Shown: one piece after another, positions 46,151 through 59,810 of the stretch
Layout: each line of letters opens with the position of its first letter
Position numbering within the stretch: position 1 is the stretch's first letter
From: the human T2T-CHM13v2.0 reference genome, Homo sapiens
Direction: 5' to 3' (one strand)
Length of the DNA stretch: 64,000 bases
Assembly (NCBI RefSeq): GCF_009914755.1
Contig: NC_060930.1
Notes under the pieces: generated by a model
Databases searched by the model: none
What the model saw: the letters and a program-made list of their open reading frames with translations, nothing else
Told to the model about the DNA's origin: nothing
Position numbers and translations under genes: made by a program

Positions 46151-46175
46151 GGGAAATTATTTTGTTTCATATTTC

Positions 46176-46463
46176 TTTTTTTTTTTTTTTTAGATGGAGT
46201 CTGGCTCTGTTGCCCAGGCTGGAGTGCAGTGATATTTTGGCTCACTGCAACCTCTGCCTTCAAGCAATCCTCCTGCCTCAGCCTCCCAAGTAGCTGGGAT
46301 TACAGGTGTGTGCCGTCACGCCCAGGTAAGTTTTTTTGTTTTTTGTAGAGATGGGGTTTCACTGTGTTGCCAAGGTTGGTCTTGAACTCCTGAGCTCAGG
46401 CAGTCCACCTGCCTCAGCCTCCGAAAGTGCTGGGATTACAGGCATGAGCCACCGTGCCTGGCC
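46176..46463 (-). mobile_element. Alu (old, AluJ/early S-like)
   Basis: Antisense Alu with small deletions; target-site duplication TTGTTTCATATTTCT (46162) / TTGTTTCCTGTTTCT (46464). Confidence 0.93.
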
Positions 46464-46820
46464 TTGTTTCCTGTTTCTACATGTGTCCCATTATTCTACT
46501 CCTGAAAAGTTAGCCCAAATAAGTTTTTTTAGCTCTAGAAAAAGAAAATATCTTTAAAGCAAGTTTATCCCAGAATTGTCTGTGAAAGCAAAGACTTTTA
46601 CCATTTCAAATGTTCAAATAAGTATTAAAAAGAAGAAAATGTTAAATAAGAGAATATATCAAGTCAGTGGACTATTATATAGACAAGACAAAGGCAGAGA
46701 CATGCACACATAATAATGTGAAGCAAACGAATCAAGGTTTAAAGTGAAGCTGTGACCCTAACTCTAAACACAGACAGTGGACGTTACGCATGGGAAAGGG
46801 AGGAAGAAATACCGGTCTCA

Positions 46821-47158
<338 letters not shown>

Positions 47159-47622
47159 CTAACTCTAAACACAGACAGCGGACATTACGCGTGGGAAAGG
47201 AAGGAATACCACATGGCCAGTGCTGCCTATGCTGGCGAGACACAAATGATTTTATTTTTCTACTTCTTTCTTCTCTAGATTTTCTAGAATGAGCAGCAAT
47301 TACTTTTGAATTGGAACAAATTGTGTTCATAAGCATAAAAATCACATCTAGATTTCTTTCTACCTCAAGGAGAGAAACATTTTATTTAAGGTCAAAGACT
47401 TGGAATTCTTCACACTTGCCCCTTGCTATACCATCGCAGACCGTAACGGCCCCAACAGAGACGCTTTGAGTACAGGGTGCCTGAGGCAGGATCCAGGCCT
47501 ACAGAGGGCTCGACAGGCAAAGCCCCTCACAGCCCACAGGTCTGCCCCAAGACACTCCTCTGTGCGGTCAGGAAGCCATCTCTGAGCCTTGGAAAAGACG
47601 CAGGTGTGGCTTAAGGTATTAA

Positions 47623-48052
<430 letters not shown>

Positions 48053-48100
48053 CCACAGGTTTTATTTTTCATAAGGTAAGCTATTAAGGGATGTCTACAC

Positions 48101-48102
<2 letters not shown>

Positions 48103-48134
<32 letters not shown>
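48103..48134. repeat. (AC)16 microsatellite
   Basis: Uninterrupted AC run. Confidence 0.95.
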
Positions 48135-48136
<2 letters not shown>

Positions 48137-48439
48137 CACCTCCAGTCAGCACACAGGAACACAAAGACACACTCACATATATGGACGGCAGACGCCAGTC
48201 CCGCCACATGCAAGCACACACCAAATCACATTCTCCCTCCTCACAGAGTCATACTCCTTTCAGTGAAACCAGAACGTCCTCCCGAGAAAGTCTCCAGAGT
48301 GGAATTTCCATCCCCAGAGGTCACGGGGAATCAGGTCTCTCCTCTGCCCGCTGACCTTCCACTGAGGAGTCTGCGATTTACAAGAACTTCTTTCTGGACA
48401 CTCCTGATTACAGACACTCTAAACTGGGTGCCGCCTGAG

Positions 48440-49560
48440 CTCATAATAAAGAGAGAGTGAGTATTTGTCTTGTAATGAAAACAACCGACCTCGCACAATA
48501 GGATGATAGATAATGCATCAAACCAGCATATGAGCCCTTTAGAATCTCACATTTGGAACTGGCCAACATCAATTATTTAAACACAAATTGAATTAACAAA
48601 ATATTCAACATATGTTCTTTTAAACTCTGCTAAATTGGATGAGACATCTAAAAGCTGATCTGTGGGCTCAGCCTCCTTCGAGACGGGGGCAGGCAGCGGG
48701 GCAGGCGTCGGGGAGGGGCGGAGTGAAGTGCAGGGAGGTGGTCAGCTCCGGGCTGTGCTGGAGGCCTGAGCTCTCCACTCCCAGAGGAAGGGGTGATTAA
48801 TGCCACCACCAAATGTGCCTGTGCCTAACCCTGACCTCATCCAGCCCTGCTGCCACCATCTGCTGTTTCTAATTCCTCTGCAATATTTGTATTTGCTGCC
48901 TCCCTCCGACAAAGAGCGGGGGCGGGGAGCAGTGCTCCCTACTTAGCGACGTGTGATCTGGTTGGCTGGCGGGGCCCGGCCAGAAGCATCTGTTGCTGCA
49001 GTCCAGCAGCATCTGCCACTATTTCTCACTTTCCCCAGCATGCTGGGAGATACGGTTTCTCCCAAAGGTGGCCTTTCCATGCACACTGTCAATCCCATCA
49101 TTGTCCGCCCGCCTGTTCCCACGGTGCCGGCCCCGTTGCCATGCTGCCGGGCCTTTGCTTGCTGGCTGTCTGTAATCCAAGATATTGTGTGACTGAGTTA
49201 TGCCATTAACCCTCCTCCTATGCATCGGGACATTCAATTAAGCTCAACAGGAGAGGCCGGCTGAGAGGGAGGTCTGTCTGCTGGGGAGGGACGGCCCACT
49301 TCTAGGAGCATTTACAACAATAATAATAACTGCGACGACCCGCGGGTACTGTCATAAATAGTGCTGAGGGCCAGGGAGACAGGAACGGTTCTTGGCAGGG
49401 CAGCTTTCTCCTCTCTCACTGTTTTTGTTTCTTTAACTTAAAATGCTATAAAAGGATGCATTGTTTTCTCCTGATTCTTGATAAGGCTATTAAGCATTGT
49501 GATAAGATGTGTGTGTGAACGCTATTATTTATGTGTCGAGTGTTAAACACCTTCTGCTAA
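48440..49560. promoter_or_regulatory. Candidate enhancer
   Basis: No recognisable repeat. TGATTAAT at 48794, three CATCTG E-boxes within ~160 bp (~48857-49015), GC boxes GGGGCGG (~48715, ~48920), multiple TAAT/ATTA. Motif evidence only. Confidence 0.35.
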
Positions 49561-51062
49561 TGGGGTGCAGCCTGGCTGTGCATGCACGCAGTGTCCCAAG
49601 CTGTCCCTGGGCCTCACCCTTGGTCAAACGCCCAAACATCCAGAGCTGCTGCGGGGACCTTTCCGAGGCGGGAAACTTACTGAGGCAGCGCCTGCACACA
49701 GAACTGCAGTTCCCCTGGAAGATGCTCTGAGGCCCAGACGTAGAAGGACAGCAGCCTGTCAACAGCAGGGCCGCCCTTGGCAACTCGGCTCTGTGTCCCC
49801 AAAACACTCCCGAGAGCTCAGGGAGGCCCCGGGGATCTCCCCTAATCACTTCCTGAGAGCAAACGGCCTTCCTACGAATGGCCAGGTGTCAGGATGGCCC
49901 CACAGCTGCACCATCCTCCTCACGGGCCCCCCACTGTGGCTGGTCCTAGGTGGCTGAGCTGAGGGAGCGCTGTGGTTCGCTGTCCCTGCAGGACACAGGG
50001 CCCCGCGAGAGAGGCTTGTGGCCGCCCCAGATATCCTCAGCTCCCTGTCTGTGGCCGCTTTGTCTGTCCACTGCAAGGTCTCCAGGCCACACGACCACTT
50101 TGCAGATGATATTTGAGTACAACCAGACTTTTAAAGTAAGTTCGGAGCAGGAAAAGACTTTCTTCAGTTAGAAATTTCAGTGCTGATGAGTAATGCCATA
50201 TTGAATATTCAGGAATTCTGGATATTCTAAATTTGTAAATAATCAGCAACTTGCTGAGCAGGGGACGTTGACTGAAGGCCAACTGTGCACCTGGCAGAGA
50301 CACACGAGGAGCTTGTTTTCTCCTCCTGCCAGGCCCTCGCAGGTGATCGGGTCTCCTCACTTTATGGATGAGAGATGCAGCTAGCGACGTCCCGCACCTG
50401 ACCCTAGACAGCACCAGCTCCTGGGAGAGCTGGGACGGAACCCACGTCGGCCCCAGGCCTTCTCCTCAAAGGCTTTGCTGTCACAAAACGTGGATGAGGA
50501 ATAAATCCAGGAGAGGCCGGGGGAGAGCACCAAGGTCAGATTGCACCACGGGGTGGGAGAGCGAGGGTGAGCAGCCGTCGCGAGGGCTCTCACGCCAAGC
50601 CTGCAAATGCAACCTGAGGGCCTGGGATTTTCCCACATGGCTGAAACGTGAACCCCTTCCCATGGCCCTGGCTGTGCAGTCCTCCTGGTCGGAACATCAC
50701 ACGGCTGTTCTCCAAGAGTGGTTCCTGCAAATGGCCCCCGCTGTGAAGCCCTGGGAAGCCCTGGGACCTCACACCCAAGCGGATGCAAGCAGCGCCTGCC
50801 TGGAGCCCTGACGCCCGGCTGCTGGGTGCCCACGGGAGTGAAAGGGAGATGTTTACATGGCAGGCGTGGGCTCCCCTCCCTGGGCGAGAACCGTGGGAAA
50901 CCAAATTTTATAAGTGTGGTTGTTTGCCTCACAAACCAGCTTCTGTGATCATCCATTATCATGTCATTCATTACACTGCATCCAGTCTTAATCAGAACTT
51001 CCTGGCCATGCGGAACACGAAGGTGAGTGCTGGCGCCCTTCTGCAGGCTGCTGTGTCTCCGT

Positions 51063-52355
51063 CCTGCAGCCGCCCCCAGCACCGGCCCTCACCGCCCCTG
51101 CAGCCGCCCCCAGCACCGGCCCTCACCGCCCCTGCAGCCGCCCCCAGCACCGGCCCTCACCGCCCCTGCAGCCGCCCCCAGCACCGGCCCTCACCGCCCC
51201 TGCAGCCGCCCCCCAGCACCGGCCCTCACCGCCCCTGCAGCCGCCCCCAGCTCCAGCCCTCACCGCCCCTGCAGCCGCCCCCCGCTCCGGCCCTCACCGC
51301 CCCTGCAGCCGCCCCCAGCTCCGGCCCTCACCGCCCCTGCAGCCGCCCCCAGCTCCGGCCCTCACCGCCCCTGCAGCCGCCCCCAGCTCCGGCCCTCACC
51401 GCCCCTGCAGCCGCCCCCAGCTCCGGCCCTCACCGCCCCTGCAGCCGTCCCCAGCACCGGCCCTCACCGCCCCTGCAGCCGCCCCCCAGCACCGGCCCTC
51501 ACCGCCCCTGCAGCCGCCCCCCGCTCCGGCCCTCACCGCCCCTGCAGCCGCCCCCCGCTCCGGCCCTCACCGCCCCTGCAGCCGTCCCCAGCACCGGCCC
51601 TCACCGCCCCTGCAGCCGCCCCCCAGCACCGGCCCTCACCGCCCCTGCAGCCGCCCCCAGCTCCGGCCCTCACCGCCCCTGCAGCCGTCCCCAGCACCGG
51701 CCCTCACCGCCCCTGCAGCCGCCCCCCAGCACCGGCCCTCACCGCCCCTGCAGCCGCCCCCAGCTCCGGCCCTCACCGCCCCTGCAGCCGTCCCCAGCAC
51801 CGGCCCTCACCGCCCCTGCAGCCGCCCCCCAGCACCGGCCCTCACCGCCCCTGCAGCCGCCCCCAGCACCGGCCCTCACCGCCCCTGCAGCCGCCCCCAG
51901 CACCGGCCCTCACCGCCCCTGCAGCCGCCCCCCAGCACCGGCCCTCACCGCCCCTGCAGCCGCCCCCAGCACCGGCCCTCACCGCCCCTGCAGCCGCCCC
52001 CCAGCTCCAGCCCTCACCGCCCCTGCAGCCGCCCCCCGCTCCGGCCCTCACCGCCCCTGCAGCCGCCCCCAGCTCCGGCCCTCACCGCCCCTGCAGCCGC
52101 CCCCAGCTCCGGCCCTCACCGCCCCTGCAGCCGCCCCCAGCTCCGGCCCTCACCGCCCCTGCAGCCGCCCCCAGCTCCGGCCCTCACCGCCCCTGCAGCC
52201 GTCCCCAGCACCGGCCCTCACCGCCCCTGCAGCCGCCCCCCGCTCCGGCCCTCACCGCCCCTGCAGCCGTCCCCAGCACCCGCACTCACCGCCCCTGCAG
52301 CCGCCCCCAGCTCCGGCCCTCACCGCCCCTGCAGCCGCCCCCAGCTCCAGCCCTC
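51063..52355. repeat. 34-35 bp GC-rich VNTR, ~38 copies
   Basis: CCTGCAGCCG(C/T)CCCC(C)AGC(A/T)CCGGCCCTCACCGCC; extreme C skew on + strand; CpG-dense. Confidence 0.99.
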
Positions 52356-52838
52356 GCCACCCCCAGCAACTGTGCTTATGGCCCCTGTTCTTTCTGTTTG
52401 TCACTCTTTCCACACTGAGGTAAAACCTGACGAACAGGAAGGAGTGTAAAAGGAACAGCTTTCAGGGCAGACCTGAGCCACAGAAAAGACACTGTTCAGG
52501 GCGATGCCGCCTCCCTGAGCATAAACACGGGCTCTGCCCACGCGGCGCTCGCCGGAACCCCAGGATAACAAAGCTGGAATGACTTCACCCCGGCTCCGAC
52601 ACGGCTCTGCTCTCCGTGTGTGATTGATGACATCAGTCTCAGCACCTCTCCTCACACACTCAGAACACTTTTCCTCAGTTGCCACCAGCATCCACCGAGG
52701 TGGGGTCACGAAGGGGACCCAGGGGCCCGGCGGCTGCTCCTTCCCATGCACTGGGCAGCTGCGGCCCATGGGCCCCTCCGCCGGGTGTACCAGGCTCCTG
52801 GACAGGAGAGAATGACGCCACGCAGGAGACGAGCTTGC

Positions 52839-52891
52839 AGAGGCAGGAGGGCAAGGGCAGCAGCAGAGGCAGGAGGGCAAGGGCAGCAGCA
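52839..52891. repeat. ~26-bp tandem duplication
   Basis: AGAGGCAGGAGGGCAAGGGCAGCAGC twice. Confidence 0.9.
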
Positions 52892-53199
52892 GACCCAGGA
52901 GGCACCATGAGCTCTTCCCGAGGCACTGCCTCACATGGGCGCCATCCACCCAGCTCAGCTCCCAGGGGCTGGGAAGTTTCCACAGAATATAATGGGGTGG
53001 TCTTTTCTAAACTGTAAATCATCATACAGCCTTAGGGCAGAAATATCAAAGGCAAGGACAAAGGACCAGGATGCCAGACCTCCTGACCCATCACTGGGCC
53101 CCTAGAGCCAAGCCCACTCCTGTCCACACCTTCGTCACACGTTTACAGAGTGAACAAGTGAATGAATAATGAGACAGGGAGATGAAGGGGCATCTGGCC

Positions 53200-53312
53200 C
53201 CAATGCCGGTGAAAACCAAGATGCCGGTATATGCAGAGAAGAAAACTGAGATGACGGTGTACACCGAGAAGAAAAACGAGATGACGGTGTACACCAGAAG
53301 GAAACCAAGATG
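53200..53312. repeat. Degenerate 30-bp repeat, 3-4 copies
   Basis: ATG(C/A)CGGT..ACACCGAGAAGAAAA..GAG units at 53221, 53251, 53281. Confidence 0.85.
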
Positions 53313-55563
53313 AAGTCAAGTCGAGGCCTTCCAACAACGGTCTGTGTGCGGCCCGCAGGGCCAGAGGTCCAGCCAGGGTTTCCGGAGGGCTCCCTGAAGG
53401 CTCACAGCTGTGCCTGGCACTGGCCTGCTGCGGACAGCCAGGGTCTTTACAACACGGGGCTGTGTGTGGGAAGGGCTGGATTCCCATGCAGAGGAAAAGC
53501 TGTTCACCAGCGTCTGTGGCTCAAAGTTACTGCAACGCAGAGCGGGGAGCGCTGGCCGGTATGAGCGGCTGCATCTCACACCACAGAAACGCACTTGGAG
53601 ACGTTTCCCAGTGAGCGTCGCCTCTCCTAATGCTGAGCCCTGTGGGAGCAGAAACTGGAGCCGTCTCACTCACTCAGTAACAACTAAGAGCATGATGTGG
53701 AAGCCGGCAATTAAACCCCCTCCAGTGGGCCGCAAGGTTCCCCAGCCATACCCCACCATCAGCTCTCAGAGCGACGCGACAGGGAGAGCAGGGTGTGCCC
53801 GCATGGTCGGATGGCAGCCTCCGAGGCAGCTGCAGCCTGGTCTCCGGCCACCCTCCTCTGCAGCCCGACCCACACCGTGCGGGAACGGACATCCAGAGAA
53901 GCCACCTCATTTCAGCGAGGCTGTCCCCAGAGAATATGGAGACTATGGAGATGCAGTGAGACGTTGTAGAAGAAGGCGGCTGCAGGTCCCTTGTTAGAGC
54001 ACTTTAGCCTAAAACAACATTAAAGAGTGAGTTGGAAAAGTTGATTTTTCCTGTGAATATTGGTGCACGCTCAGGGACCAGCAGCACAGCTGTCCCAGCG
54101 GAAATGGAGGAATGAAGTTTCATTCAGAGTCGCACTAGAGGAAAGCCAGCCCAGGACGAAGCTCAGCCCAGGACGGAGAGTCCCGCGGAGTGGGGGGGGT
54201 CCGGCTGCCTGCCTTCCCCTCCAGCGGCTGCCCCTCGGTGTGGAGACCCAGCCCCACCCCGGCCCCCAGGCCTTGCCGGAGAGGGGTCTGGCCTGCAGCC
54301 CTAGGGGGTCTCACTCCCTCTGGGGTCCGGCTCTCTGGCAGCCTTCCTGACACCTTCACAGCAGCACATGCGGCTCCCACGCTGTCCCCCACCCCGCAGC
54401 TCCCCTCATCTTTAACTACACACACGTTCTTCTCCCTTTCCTTCAACTCCCCGGGGGTGGGGCAGCAGTGCTGTGAGGGTCTAAGAGGGGTCTGTGATGA
54501 CTGAGGGTTTTGTCATATCCCATCCATCCCGTCCTGGCCACCAGCAGCCCCAAGGTTGGGCCGGTGCCCGTGAACATGGCAGGTGAGTGAGATGTGGAAA
54601 CGGGACAGGCATCCCCCCGCCAGCTGTGGGGTGCGACCCAGGGCTGTGGGCAGAGCGGGAGCCACAGGCTGGGCTGGGCACAGGCCCCACATAGATACAG
54701 GATGGATTTCACAGCCCCTCTGCTGCTCCCTTTGTCGTGCTGAAGTGAGGTTGGAGCAAAATCCACACCTGCCCCGTGCATGGGCCTCAAACCCCCTTCT
54801 CACTGCGCACTGGGCATTCAACACCCAGGAGCAAGGCCTGGGAGGGAACAAAGTCTACCCTCCCCAGCTCAGAGACACACACTGACCCATGCTCGGGCCG
54901 CAGGAAACACAGACCAAACCCAAGATTAAAAACCCAGTACCTACAATCAAATCTCGACCTTTAACGCAAGCTTTGTTTCTCACCTGAAAGATAGAATTTG
55001 ACCTTAAAATTGGGGGTGATTTCATTCTGGATATGATCAGAGGACTAGTGAGGAAACTGAGGCTGAGGCCATGACATCACATCTTACAGAACCCATGGGA
55101 AAGTCCGCACATCTGTGGGGGACGCTTTGTGTGTGTTCCTGGAAAGTTGCAGGACTGTGGTTGGAGGGTGTGGACGCGTGCGTGTCCCACGGCCTGGGCA
55201 GGAGCTCGCTGTGATGCCGGCCTGGAAAGACACTGGCCGCGGCCGCTGCCCTTCCCATTGGAACCAGACACCAAATGTTGTCTGCTTTGCTCGGTGCCTG
55301 TTATTTTGAGGAGTGGCCCTAACAGCTCTCCTGAGGGGTGGCCTTGTTAGCCTGCCTTTCCCAGAGCCCCTCGCTGTGAAGCCACCCCTGTAGCAGCAGC
55401 GTGTCTCCGGGAGGACCCAGAGAAGCAACATCACCCATGTGCTGCACGGAACCCTAACCCCCGCATGTCCACCCTCCTGCCTCTGGGCCTGGACACCTCA
55501 AGACTCCAGGAAGAAATGTCTAGTCCCTTTGCACCTCCCAGAAGCTGCAGCAGCACCTGCGGA

Positions 55564-55589
55564 GCAGACGCAGACGCAGACGCAGACGC
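55564..55589. repeat. (GCAGAC)4 hexanucleotide repeat
   Basis: GCAGACGCAGACGCAGACGCAGACGC. Confidence 0.9.
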
Positions 55590-56987
55590 GACTTTCTCTC
55601 AAGTCAAGACCACATCAGACCTGAAAATTCAGTCATGCCCCGGCCTGAATGCAGCACCGCGAATGGAGCACTTTAAACTTTCTTAAGAGCTGTGAAAATG
55701 TATCTTTTAAAAATATTTTTATTTACTTAACATGTTAACAGTTCCTGCTAGGCACATTTTACCAAAAAAAAAAAAAAAAATACCCACACACACGGTTTGG
55801 GGCATCCAAAGGCTCTGGGAGCAGCTGCAGGGCTCACGGGGGGCGACACAGGCCTGTGAGTCAGCTCTTTTACTACGCTTTGTGCTGCCTGTATAAATGA
55901 CCTAATCTATCCGCCGGGCGTTTCAAGGGGGAAAAGGAAAGGGTTTATGAAACCCAGGTTGAAATGGAGACACCGAGGCACAGTGCCTCTCCGGAACCCA
56001 GAGGAGAGTCACGGAGCCCACTGGAGAAGACCTCAGCCGCCATGAGACCCTGTGCATTCATTTCTGTGCATGCTGTTTTTAAATTAGAAAACCTCAAAGC
56101 TTCTCCCTGTGACAACAGCCATTCAGGACGAAGCAAGGAGCCATCCTGACACTTCATCAGCTGATTGATTGATAGGCTGGAAAGTCTACGGCGAAAGGGA
56201 AAAGAAAAAAGGACACGGGCGTTCACTGACGGGATTCGTGGCTTCCCTCGTGTGGCCACCTCATCCAAACACGGGCCAACGGGAACTTCACAGGAGATCA
56301 CAAGTAATCCTGCACAGGCAGAAATTCAGATGTGCGGCCTCACCTAATCTGACTGGGATTTGGAAGAGGTAAGATGTTTGTTGAACTGACTCATCGGTGA
56401 TAGTTCTTTTGTTTCAAATAAAATGGAAGTAAGGCTGACACCCACATGCCCTGTGTTCAGCTTGTGACCTGGAACGGATTGTTCCTGCAGAAGGAGCTGT
56501 GTGATCCAAAAGCCCAAGTATTTCTGGAGATTTTCCCCTTGGCTTGCTGCACCATGACCATAAGGTGGACGCCTCTCATCTGGAAACCAGGGTAGTAACA
56601 TGAAAGGCTAAGATTATCTAGATGTTCCTGGGACAGAACGTGGAGAACGTGGCCCATCTGAGCTGTAGCCCTTTCCAGGGGCGTGAGCTCAGCATCTGCA
56701 GAAGACGCCTGTGTCAGAAGGGACCAGTGGCTTTTCCCACCCAACGTCCACGGGGCTCCAGGCCCAGTGGCCCCTGCAATGCCCCTGGGCAGGCACCTGC
56801 TCGAGCCCAGGAACATTCCAGGAAGCCCCACAACGGTGGTCCTGCCAACAGACCCCAGCCAGTCATCCTCCCCCACAGGCCGCCTTTTCCTGAGGGAAGC
56901 TTCCAGAAGCCAGGGTAGGCTGCAGGCCCAGAAAGCCCACGAAATGCCAGGCAGGCACCAAGGTGTTCCTGTGGCACTGTGTGAGCA

Positions 56988-57158
56988 CCCATCGGCGGCG
57001 TGCATGGCCCTCTATGAGCTCACGCGTGTCAGCGTCTGCAAAGCCCATCGGCGGCGTGCACGGCCCTCCATGAGCTCACGCGTGTCAGCGTCTGCAAAGC
57101 CCATCGGCGGCGTGCACGGCCCTCCATGAGCTCACGCGTGTCAGCGTCTGCAGAGCCC
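56988..57158. repeat. 56-bp CpG-rich tandem repeat, 3 copies
   Basis: CCCATCGGCGGCGTGCA(T/C)GGCCCTC(T/C)ATGAGCTCACGCGTGTCAGCGTCTGCA(A/G)AG at 56988, 57044, 57100. Confidence 0.97.
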
Positions 57159-57659
57159 TCCACCCGCACATGGGGTCCCAGCCACCATTCACTTCTCCTT
57201 ACAGCTGACACGAGTCGTCCCAAAGCTGAGTGGCCTTGACAGGTCTTAGCAGCCTCAGTGGCTAGGTGAGGTCCTTTCTGGAGGGATGCAGGACCTGTCT
57301 CTGGGGCTGGACCCATGTGAAATGGCGGTCAGCATCCGCCGTGTGAGAAAGGCTCCGGCGTGGATGAGCTGAGCTCAGGAGACCTGGGCCATGGCGGCTG
57401 CTGGTATAGGAGGTGCAGTCACACAGCTCAGACCCAGGGCTCAGCTCCTGCTGCACGAGCGCTGATGGCATGGATTGCATAACAGGACAGTGTTCTCTAG
57501 GGCCCCTGCCTCTGAAAGCCCAAGTTACACAACCAACCCGACCCCAGGGTCCTAGGAAAGCAAAAGCCATCTCGCCAGAGGTGAGCTCCACTGACCCTGA
57601 GAGCAGCTTTGCTGTCGGTGGTTGGGGCACGGCGGCCCCGTCACTCGCCCCCACTCGCC

Positions 57660-57830
57660 AAGCATGTGCTGGGCACCCAGCCGAGCACTCACATCCATTA
57701 TCTTCTTTAATCCTCCCAATACCTTATTAGGGAGATATTTTAATCCCAGGTCACAGAGAAGGGAAGTGTGGCCGATTGTACACAGCGATTACAGACAGAG
57801 CCAGGCCTCGGAGCCGTTCTGCACAGCTGT
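57660..57830 (-). mobile_element. MIR SINE
   Basis: ATGTGCTGGGCAC..CATTATCTTCTTTAATCCTCCCAA..ACAGAGAAGGGAA..CAGAGCCAGG. Confidence 0.7.
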
Positions 57831-58471
57831 GCCGCAGCCCACAGGTAACCTAAGTGAACTCAACAAACACATTTTAAAGGTGGCCTTTCTCCAGCCTTTG
57901 CTCCATCCTTGGCAGCTTTGGCGTCTTCATCTAATACCAATGTCAATCAGCTGTACTTACCAGGCCTAACATGTGCATCGAGTGTTCACTTAAATGACCA
58001 CTTGGCCCTACACTGCAGCCTGGATTCGCAGCCCCGGCCCACCTGCATGGCTAAGGAGTTCAAGCTGCACAACAACAGAAGTTTCAGATGAACAGAAGGA
58101 AGACGCGAAGGTTGGCGGTTTCGCTGGGAGTTAAATCGGCGCAACGATTCCCTAGGAAGTTCAGAACGTCCCTTCCTCAGGCTGTCTCCAAAGACTGCCG
58201 TTCAACTAAAGGGCAAGAGTCCGAGGTCAGTCCAGCTCTTCCCTGGCAGCCGTGGGTTGGGGGGCAACCCCAGGCCTCCCCCTCTGCTTATTTTCCTGAA
58301 ATTCTGTGATTAACGGGAATGTCGGGTGAATGCCTGGATTCTCAGGATTAAGCCTTATTGCAAATCTAGAAGAAATCAGCCCTGCTGAAACACGGCACAC
58401 CTTCAAACTCCACTGGTGCCGAGTCGTATCCAGCCTTTGTTTGGCATCCCCGGATGCCTGGACCTCTCGCT

Positions 58472-58671
58472 GGAACTCAACACCCCAAACGCTGCAGGGT
58501 GCCCTCTCGCCAGGCTGGAGAGGAACTCAACACCCCGAGCTCTGCGGGGTGCCCTCTCGCCAGGCTGGAGAGGAACTCAACACCCCGAGCTCTGCGGGGT
58601 GCCCTCTCGCCATGCTGGAGAGGAACTCAACACCCCGAGCTCTGCAGGGTGCCCTCTCGCCAGGCTGGAGA
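58472..58671. repeat. 50-bp tandem repeat, 4 copies
   Basis: GGAACTCAACACCCCGAGCTCTGC(G/A)GGGTGCCCTCTCGCCAGGCTGGAGA at 58472, 58522, 58572, 58622. Confidence 0.97.
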
Positions 58672-59579
58672 TGCATCTCAGGCCGCCAGGAACCCGCACT
58701 CTGCATCCCACCAACATGGGCATGCCCAGGAGTTGCCCTAACCAAGGAAACACGGAAACATCACCACAGCATCAAAGCCAGCGGCTCTCACACACCGGAG
58801 CCCAGAGCCCGGACACAGGGGCAAAGACGAATTGGTCTGAAACGAAAATCCACCAGGATGTGAACCTGTTTTCCCGAAGTTGATGGAGGAAGCCACGGAG
58901 CAAGGGTCAGACCTGACATCTGCACTCGCTGAAGGTCACAGGCTGCGGAAATGCCGACGCCGAGTCGCCTCAGGTGCAGGTCCTTGACAGTGCAGTTAGA
59001 AACTGCAGCCCCCTCTGCAACCTCAGCGTGGCTCTGCCGTCTCTAACTGCTGCCCAAACCAAGGGTTCCCATTTTTGACCCAGCGTGTTCCCTGTAAAAC
59101 ACTTCCAGATGCTTAGTTGAAATTTCCAAACTATAGGAGAACCAGAGTGTCATCTCCCCTCTCTGTCTGTGAGAGGAAACCTGAGGACCGCAGAGCTGTG
59201 TCAGCTGTGGGTTTTATCCCCCTCCGGACTCCCTGGGTCTGCAGCCACAAGCAGGCCAGCAAGTGTCTTCACTGTAATTACCCTTGAGAAGTCACGGATC
59301 TCAGCCCACGGCAGGACGGACGCCACTGAGAGCCACAGGGATCCATCTCTTAGCTGAGCAGCCAGGATAATAATTCAAGAAGTGAATTCAAGAGGCGTTA
59401 AGTTCATAATAGGATAAAAACGTAAGCCTGTGGCAGCAGGAAAGTGTGCGGAGAGAATGGGGTGTAGTTACTGCTCTTAGCACATGGTGGGTATTGTGGA
59501 TCTTGTAAATCTGATACAGAAAAAAAACACCTGATACAAATGTTAATTCAGTACGTCTCATCCTTCAAATATACTGACC

Positions 59580-59810
59580 ATGTGTTCAATAAGCACCCAG
59601 TGTGTGCCAAGAACCAGGTGGGAAGTGGAGGAAAGCAATGAAAAGACATCACAAGGACCCCGGGGAGCTCGCAGTCCAAAGAGGAGACAGGCACACCACC
59701 CAACACTGACCGGCGATGGAGGGTGGAGGGCTTCCCGGAGGAGGTGACTGTGAGCTGGGATTGAAGGACGAATAGGAGTTTCTGTAAGGAAAATGGTGTG
59801 TTCAGAAAAC
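59580..59810 (-). mobile_element. LINE-2 3' remnant
   Basis: AAGCACCCAGTGTGTGCCAAG..GGAGCTCGCAGTC..GGCTTCCCGGAGGAGGTGAC..GAAGGACGAATAGGAGTT. Confidence 0.7.

Noticed and set aside
46756-46768. Telomere-like CCCTAA motif
   Set aside because: A single perfect hexamer per copy; not an interstitial telomeric array.
50783-52423. 546-aa and 463-aa Pro/Ala-rich ORFs
   Set aside because: The C-rich unit has no stop codon in any + frame, and the peptide cycles through all three frames of the 34/35-bp unit. Repeat artefact.
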